Both the position numbers and the translations under genes were made by a program. Under the pieces are notes generated by a model. The model saw nothing but the letters and a program-made list of their open reading frames with translations, did not search any database and was not told the DNA's origin. A DNA stretch of 64,000 nucleotides, taken from Parasitella parasitica NRRL 2501 (lineage: Eukaryota > Fungi > Mucoromycota). The DNA lies in assembly GCA_025201805.1 (NCBI GenBank), contig MU619353.1, positions 39,867-103,866 on the forward strand. The letters run 5' to 3'. Each line of letters begins with the position of its first letter. Position 1 is the first letter of the stretch. Below, in pieces: positions 56,313 to 64,000 of the stretch.

Positions 56313-56932
56313 TCAATAAAAAGTGAGCACCTTCTTCTACCAGGAAGATATCGGTGTTTGAATAATAATCCGTTCTGAGAGATCCAGATATTGATTTTTT
56401 TCCCAAAAAACTGTTATTTTGAAAATGGAGGACAGTTTTGTATAGTAACTAATGTAGATGGCTAATAAAAACAGATAGACAATTCAATTTTGCATCGAAT
56501 GGTATAATTAAATCAACTTCTCTTCTGCAAAATTGCCCCAAAAAATCTAAAAAACTAAAATCCCGTATTTCTTTAAAAGCAAATTATTTTAAAACTGAAT
56601 TTACTCAGTATCTGTTCTCTACATGTTTACCGGATGTTTAGAATCATTTTTATCGTATTTTTGTCGCAATATCTGTATTTTGGGGGGAGAAATGTTGATT
56701 TGTTTGATTTCATAAATTTTCCTCGACCAGTAGCAAAGCTGAAAGGCCACCTTCGTCAAGCATTGAAAAATATAATTTTAACCAGCGCAGATCTTAAAAT
56801 TAAGGGATTTTTGACATCCTTTCTTGTGCCTGTCCCTCAATACTATAGAACTACATTACTCAATTACAATAAACATCTTGCATCGTTAACCTGGGTTCTT
56901 TTAACAGCATCATAAATTTTTTTTGGCCTGCT

Positions 56933-58390
56933 TTATTGATAAAAATCAGAATCTTTCACGGCATTTTCATCCTCTTTATAAATTTTGATAGTTTTATCAG
57001 CCTCGCCAGTGATAAGACGAGAGCCTGTTTTATCAAAGGCACTACAAAAGACGCCAGCTTCAGCATCTAATGAACCAGGCTGAACAGTGGTATCCATAGA
57101 TTGGAAATTATGACCTGATCTCCAATCATTGAAGCTTAGAGAACCATCATCACCACCAGAAAAGATGACACCGTCCTGATTGAGAGCCAGTGTGTTGATA
57201 ATTGCCTTTTTTCTGTCAAAGCTCTGCATAAAGGTACCCTCAGGACACTTCCAACCCTTGACAGAATCTGCACTACCGCTCACAAAGCCAAATTCTGTAG
57301 GATGCAGAGCAAGCGCACGAACACTCTTTTTATGGTGAGTCAAGACGCCCATTGTTTTACCAGCTGCCAAATCCCATAATCTGATTGTATTATCCATGGA
57401 ACCCGTAATGACCTGTGGATCTGCCTCTTGACATTTGACAGCAGAAACGGTACTTGTGTGGCCAGTTAACACATGGATAGCTTGTTTTGTTCTCATGTCC
57501 CAAACACGAGCTGTAGCGTCACGGCCAGAAGTGACGAGAACATCCAATGTAGGATGCAAACTAAGCGAATAAACACCTGAAAGATGGCCATGATAATGAC
57601 GAATGACTTTGTTCTGTTCTAAATCCCAACATTTTACCATTTTATCTTCGCCACAAGAGAACAGATAAGGGTGCCTTGACGATACTTCTAAACCACGCAC
57701 TGTAGCAATATGGCCTGTAAGCGATAACTTTAATGTTCCTGATGCCATATCCCAAATCTTGATTGTACGATCACCAGCACCAGTAGCAAACCACTTGTTT
57801 CCAGGCTCAACAGTGACAGCACGAACCCAACCCAAATGACCACTAATAACACGCATCAGCTTCCAAGGTGCATGCCAGACAGGTCGAATAGTCTTTGCTC
57901 TAGCACGACGAACAAGTGATCCGCTGCCTGCTAATGTATCCCCAAATATATCGTTTGCAAACTGATCTTTACTGCGAAGAGCAACCACACCATTTGCCGC
58001 TGCTGCTCCTCCTTCTGCTGCAGATTTTTCAGGTATAGAATCTATTAATTGAGACACGGATGTCTTTTCATCTGCATCATCTTGGTCGTTGGAGACTTCC
58101 TCCACTGTCGTTGATTTAGCTTTCATACGAGCTTTGGCAGCTTCCTTTTGCTGCTTGATCAAGGCTTCTGGGAGTGTACGAAGATCCTTGTATTCGTCGT
58201 AGATCTTGCTAGTTAATTTAACACGTTGGCTTTCTTGTTCGTCCATGGCTGCTTGGCCGTAGGCTGAAGAAAACAGAACTCTGGTTTTTTTGGCAGAACT
58301 GGATAGCATTTCTTCAAGTTGATCATTTAATTTTGGTGTTTCTATCTCGGACTCTTGTTCTGCGGGTGCTGGACGTTTTGCGGCTACCAT
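56933..58390 (-). CDS. PRP46: WD40 spliceosomal NTC protein Prp46/PLRG1, intronless ORF
   Basis: [61 protein letters not shown]. Confidence 0.97.
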   Translation of the reverse strand: MVAAKRPAPAEQESEIETPKLNDQLEEMLSSSAKKTRVLFSSAYGQAAMDEQESQRVKLTSKIYDEYKDLRTLPEALIKQQKEAAKARMKAKSTTVEEVSNDQDDADEKTSVSQLIDSIPEKSAAEGGAAAANGVVALRSKDQFANDIFGDTLAGSGSLVRRARAKTIRPVWHAPWKLMRVISGHLGWVRAVTVEPGNKWFATGAGDRTIKIWDMASGTLKLSLTGHIATVRGLEVSSRHPYLFSCGEDKMVKCWDLEQNKVIRHYHGHLSGVYSLSLHPTLDVLVTSGRDATARVWDMRTKQAIHVLTGHTSTVSAVKCQEADPQVITGSMDNTIRLWDLAAGKTMGVLTHHKKSVRALALHPTEFGFVSGSADSVKGWKCPEGTFMQSFDRKKAIINTLALNQDGVIFSGGDDGSLSFNDWRSGHNFQSMDTTVQPGSLDAEAGVFCSAFDKTGSRLITGEADKTIKIYKEDENAVKDSDFYQ

Positions 58391-59173
58391 TTTGTAGAGT
58401 TATAATATAAAATGTTTATATGGATGCCAGGAAAAACTAGCGAAATACTTTTTTTTTTCTCTGGCTGGTATTAGATTCCTAGTATCGTTGCGTTGCTGTG
58501 TTGTTCAGACAGCGTCACGTCATCTTGGGTGTCAAAGCATCACTACTCGATGTACCAAGGCATGAACAGACTCCTCTTGGTGGTAATCATCCAACAGATG
58601 TAATTTAATGTTATAGCATTCACTACTAGTAAATTTTATGATAGATTGTATTCGTCATGGCTGATCCAAATGTAGATGATCTACTGACTACACAATATAC
58701 TCTCTTGGGTAGGGCGACTAAATGAAAACCATATTAACCAATTGCTTATGGGAAGCATCTGATTTAACGTTGTTTTCATTGTATTCAGTCAAATAAGCCT
58801 GAAAGCGACATGTCTAGTTTTTCTTGTCCTACAGCCAAGGTTTATATTTTGTTCCATACCTGAACTCATTTTAAGCGAAATACACATGCCAAAATTCTTA
58901 CAAGGCACAAAAATTCCTACGGCCCAGAGCGAGAATTTATTGTAAGGAAACTCATGCAACCATGCTGAACTGAATACAGAAAAACGTGCAACAATACATG
59001 AAAAAACGAGATCGCTACCAAAAAACACGGAGAAATTATATAAATACCAAGTATTTTATTCAAAACATGATGAAAGATAAAAAGTATAGATTTTCTTGGA
59101 AGAAGTAATTAAAATTTGATAATACACAAAAGAAGGAGAGAAGGGGAGAAAGAATACGGAAGTAAGGGGACAC

Positions 59174-59881
59174 CTAGAGGATAATACAACAAGAATCTTT
59201 GTCTGGGCTGTTCTGTAGATTTTGTTGGACTTTTCTAGCTTTAATTTTCCTTAACAATTCTAAATAAGTAGCATCTACGTTGCTTCTGGTTTTCGCAGAG
59301 GTTTCAATATAAGGACATTTCCACTCGTCTGCTAGATCTTGAGCATCCTTTTCGTCCACTTTACGCAAATGTGCTAAATCCGACTTATTGCCAACTAAGA
59401 TAAAGGGAATCGTCTCATCATCCAAAACTCTCAAGATTTGGTCACGGATCTCTCTGGTTAGCTCAAGCGTCCCCTCCTCACAAAGAGAGAAAACACACAG
59501 GAAGCCCTCCCCAGATCTATAGTAGTTATCACGAATCTAGTAATAGCATAAATAACATGGATAGGATAAACATAATGATAATCAAAAACTTTACTGCTGC
59601 ATATTCCTCCTGGCCTGCTGTATCCAAGATATCGATTTGGCATTCTTCGTTGTCGAATTGAATCTTCTTGCGGTAAGCTGTATGTCAAGGTTAGCCTTAT
59701 ATCTGCCTATTTTCTCAGCGAGAAATTTTCAATTCTTACAGTCAGCTTTGGTTGGGTCGTACTCTTCAACAAAATCACCATACATGTATTGTAATGTAAG
59801 AGCTGATTTCCCTACGCCGCCAGAACCCACCATAATAACTTTGTGTAGTGGGAGAGATTGCTTAACTTTGCTTTTACCCAT
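59174..59881 (-). CDS. RAL: Ral-subfamily small GTPase, three exons
   Basis: [23 protein letters not shown]...[14 protein letters not shown]...[30 protein letters not shown]...NKSD...[11 protein letters not shown]...CCIIL. Near-diagnostic for RalA/B rather than Ras or Rap. Confidence 0.93.
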
Positions 59882-59994
59882 TTTTTATTTCGCTTTTAGT
59901 TTTGAAGAAAAAAGAAAAAAGAGAAAACAAAAAGAAATCCTTTGTTTTTAATATGGCATGTTCATATTCCGAAGTTACAGACTCCTGTTGATTG

Positions 59995-62087
59995 CTACAT
60001 TATGTTGCATTGCTCTTCTTTTGCTCCTAATTTTAAAAGTTTCTTTGTGGGGCTGTTATTCATTGATTCCAGCAATGAAGGGTTTTCGTATAGGGCTATT
60101 TGCTCTTGTCTGCTTAGATTGAGCGCACGAGCATACTTGTTTATAATCTCTGATTGGGGATGGTTTCGTAAAGATAGCGGCAATGATGCACTACCACTGA
60201 ATCGTTGCTTGTCTTGTTTTCTATTGTATACTTTGGTGCAAGATGCCCACTATATTAATAGAATTAGTGTTGCATCCAATTTTTCCAAGCAAATTCCTCC
60301 TACATCTTGATATGTGGGTTGCTGGTCATTATTCAATTTGGGTGGACATGAAAATGCAATCAGTTTACATTCTTTATGGCATGCAAGTGAACAAACTAGG
60401 TATATTCTCGTTAGCCGCTGGTTTTCGCATTCTGCTTCTCGTAGCATGTTACCTTGACAAAATATTGAACCCTGGGTCATTATTTCATGGCACACGTTAC
60501 ATTTGCTTTTATCAAAAGGCGTTTCGATAAACTGATGACTGTTTTCATCAATTGTTGCCACACTTGATTCGTCACCAAGGTATTGATGTTGCTGAATTGT
60601 TGTCGCATTCAGGGAATGGTACTTCATAGGAGTTGTTGCTCTATTTCTTGTTGGCACCAATGCCGATGCGGATACCGATGATTCCCTCTTTTTTTGCTGC
60701 TGCTGCTTTTGCTGGAGGTTGGTAATTATCCATTGATGGCTTTGCAGTTCCTGGCTTGATTTTCTTTTGCTGGGGTCTTTCTGGAAGCAGCTAGTCAAGA
60801 AATCCTTCATGTCTTGGGTTATACCTTCTGGAAATGGCGGGTATTCATCTTCTACAATACGAAACATGGCTGACATGGCTAATAGATCGCTGTAAGGCGG
60901 TTTACCACTGACTAATTCGATGCAAGTGCAACCCAACGACCAAATATCTGATTTGGTCGTCGCTCCTTTTAGCTCAATGACTTCAGGTGCCACTATTTCA
61001 TGACATAAGTAAACAAACATGTACGCACAGATGCAAACTTACTCCAATTTGGGGTGCCAGATATGGTATCTGCATCTACAGTTTTCTTGAGATTAAGTGA
61101 GACACCAAAGTCGGTCAGTTTGACATCGCCTGTTTTTGTTGTCAAAATATTGGCCGCTTTGAGATCACAATGTACCACTTGATTCTCATGTAAATAGCCA
61201 AGACCATCCAGTATTTTATCACAGAACGAAGCTACCAGTTTTTCAGGGAATGCGCCAAATGCTTTCAATGTAGACATCAATGATCCATTTTCTGCGTATT
61301 CTAATACAATATTCAAATTGTACTGATTTGGGATAAACCCAATATATTTTACAATATTTTGATGTGATAATGTTTTGAGAATATTCACTTCTTTCATCAT
61401 GTCTTTATATAAATTTTCGTCTTCTACCTTTACTTGCTTAACTGCAACTACTTCACCTGTAGTTAAATCTAACGCTCTATACACTGACCCGAACTGTCCT
61501 TTTCCAATGCAATTACCCAATTGATAATTTGCAATTACATTTCCTCCTTCATCCTGTAATTCAAGTTTCCTGCCGCTTCCCTCATCTTCATGATGTGTCT
61601 GCTGTTGTTGTTGCTGGCCTTTTCTTGTTGATTCTGCGGCTGTAGTAGCAGATATTGACTTCCTTGCCATAAGTGGTGCTTCCGATGTGGATTCATTGTA
61701 GCGTTTTCGAAGACTAGATTTTTCAGAAAATATAGGCGTGGGTGGACTCATGGGCGTTTTAACCGTGGAGGAAGAAGAAGATACTGAGAGTAACGATGAT
61801 GTTGTGGATGATACCGAGCTTGATCTCTGCTGTCGAGTTGATATAGAGTATTTTACAATAGCTGTTCGAGGTCTTAAAGGTGATCTAGGCGGCCTCGATG
61901 TTTGATGCTGTTGTGATTGCACTGTATTCACCTTGAGTGGTTGGGAGCCTTCAAAAAAGATGTCTCGAATATGATGCCGATCGCTTTTGTCATCAATGTT
62001 GCTTTTGCTGTCTTCTTTGATTATGGATTCTCTTAATAGATTTTTTTCAGCTCGTTCTGGTAATTTTTCATGAAGACTTGGCTCCAT
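59995..62087 (-). CDS. STE-group Ser/Thr kinase (Cdc15/SepH-like kinase domain) with a C1 zinc finger and C-terminal CaaX motif
   Basis: [61 protein letters not shown]; then a C1-type Cys/His pattern; last exon ends KEEQCNIM*. Confidence 0.9.
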
Positions 62088-63660
62088 TGTACGACAGTTA
62101 AGAAAAGGCTCGCATCCCTTTGATTTAATAATAATTTTGAATGTTTTATAATATGAGTTTCCCTCCCTAAAATTAAGGGTTTGGAAAGGTTTTTATCAGT
62201 AGTGGATGTTGCATATTCGTTTCAGCGTAGATCAAGTGATTTGTCTTTTAAAATTAGTGAATAGATTTACCCTTTTTAAAATATGCTCTTATTGGGCTGC
62301 CTGGATGCAAAGTTTAAGCAAGTGTATTCAAACAATGTATACACACTAGAGAGAATAATCTCACTATTTACAATAAGGCACTTTAAAGAGTATATTTCCC
62401 CTTTCATAATAATTTACGAATAAACTGCTCAATTCTCCTATTCTCTGCACACTACCCAAATAGTTGTTGGTTTCATATGTAGTATATCTGTGTTTTTTCG
62501 TCAAAGGCCAATTTCTTCCCCTCTAACTCTCTCTTTTATCCCTAGAGCATCCATAGCTATTATTAAACATATTGCTTTATTGCAAACTAATTTACTTTTT
62601 TCCTTCAAATAAAGACTGGCTACCAGATCCACAAAGATGCAAAATTGCATAAACAGAGGAGCCAAGTCCCGAAGCCCTTGAATCAAAATTTCGTGCTTCA
62701 AGGATAAGAGTGCTTTAGTATAGTATTGTGCATACATAGACACTGTCATGTTTTTGTGTTTTCAAAGAGGAGATCATTAATATTGGTGTTCAAATTATTA
62801 TGCACGAGTATTTTCGAACGAAAGGAGTTGTGTCTTATAACTAACAAAATTTAAAGTTAGTAATGAATAATCCAAAAAAAAAATGGTAAGCTCTCGTTTA
62901 CATTTCTAACTACTTGAAAATTACTTGAGAAATCAATTATATCGAAATTCATGCGTTGTTTACTACTTTGTGTGTTGAAAGACACATTGAGCATTGAATT
63001 GATAACTGTTTACTGCCTGAAATTGTAAATTTTACTACAGCATGTCTGGAATAATAATCACTTAATACAGTCATACAGTCTACTCAGGACTTTTTTTTTG
63101 GTTACAGCGTGCTCTTGAAGGAGCCAGATTAGAGTTCGTTTCAACAACGAGCTGATCTTTGTATCTCAGTTAGCAACGTTTATATAGTAAAATGAATCTA
63201 CCAAAGAGCTATACTTCATTACAAATGTAACTTTTGATGCATGTACTGCTATAAAAATTAAGAAAATACACTTGTAACCCTTATTGGTAATTAGAAATTA
63301 AAAATGGAAGTGAAATCCTGTCAAGTTCATTGAACTTCACCATATTTACATTAAAGTAAAATATAGTTAATTCAAATTACCAATGTAATAACTTGATCTT
63401 TAAGCTGCATGGGAAAGCAGTAAGAATTGATTGATTAATGTGTTGTACAAGCTCTACAGTCATTTCGATATATAATATGTTAATGGTATAATTTTTATTA
63501 TTAACGCTTTATTCTCAGGATCTTAGTCAAGAACAAAGATTTGCTTTAGTAGTTTAATATGATGTTTGAAGGACTGCCAGTAGTTCATACTACAAACGAG
63601 TGTAAGACAAGCTATCACGTAACAGGAGGACTAAAAGACTTTTACGAGGTAGTTTATCGG

Positions 63661-63720
63661 CACGCAAAGCACAGGGTGTGGCCAGGTCATGGTATAAGGG
63701 TGCTTTGATACTACCGGGAA
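63661..63720 (+). mobile_element. Possible tiny Tc1/mariner (IS630-like) transposase remnant
   Basis: Translates as TQSTGCGQVMV*GCFDTTG, resembling the Tc1 GGGSVMVWGCF motif. No intact ORF or terminal repeats seen. Confidence 0.2.
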
Positions 63721-64000
63721 TACAAGTAATATGTATTGAAACATTAGCCCAGATACTAACAAAAAGACAATTCTGTAAAGTATCCATATTTTTAAAATCA
63801 CAAAACAAAAGATGTGAGATAGAAAGTCTGGGACGGATAAAAATCTTTTATAAACGACTGTTATGTCAAAAGTCTGATAAAATAAATCTGCCAAAGAATT
63901 ACACTTTTATTCATAATACATCTCTCGATGTATTATATACACATTCATTACACTAGGGTTCTACTGTCTAGCTGCATAATGTAAATCATGACTACCCATG

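Noticed and set aside
56606-56618. AGTATCTGTTCT, resembling part of U2 snRNA
   Set aside because: The flanking U2 sequence (GATCAAGTGT upstream, stem I, Sm site) is absent.

Overview
Gene-dense eukaryotic DNA with short GT-AG introns (about 50-100 nt), AT-rich intergenic regions and frequent poly-A/T tracts. Gene content and style fit an early-diverging fungus, most likely Mucoromycota/Mucorales (inference). I can support 25 intact genes: RPB1 (3' end runs off the window), a cytochrome P450, FAF1/C1orf131-like, FANCE-like, an MFS/ACS permease, an F-box protein, a secreted GPI-type protein, ECT1/PCYT2, TAF9, RNase T2, a DRS2-type flippase, TLG1/syntaxin-6, eIF3a, a homeobox factor, CHMP7, metacaspase, a fatty-acid elongase, POF1-like, a Kelch membrane protein, a Q/G/Y repeat protein, THO1/SARNP, NTA1, PRP46, a Ral GTPase and a Cdc15/SepH-like kinase. 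There are also two clear pseudogenes (MFS permease, UCH-L3/YUH1). I recognised no rRNA, tRNA or CRISPR. The most striking observation is the gene at 49129-52147: a signal peptide, Kelch beta-propeller and TM helix fused in frame to a two-TM module whose motifs line up with the DEG/ENaC/ASIC channel fold, i.e. a candidate receptor-gated ion channel in a fungus. Second is a kinase-C1-CaaX protein encoded 113 nt upstream of a Ral orthologue. All exon junctions and family assignments were made by eye and need RNA-seq and HMM confirmation.
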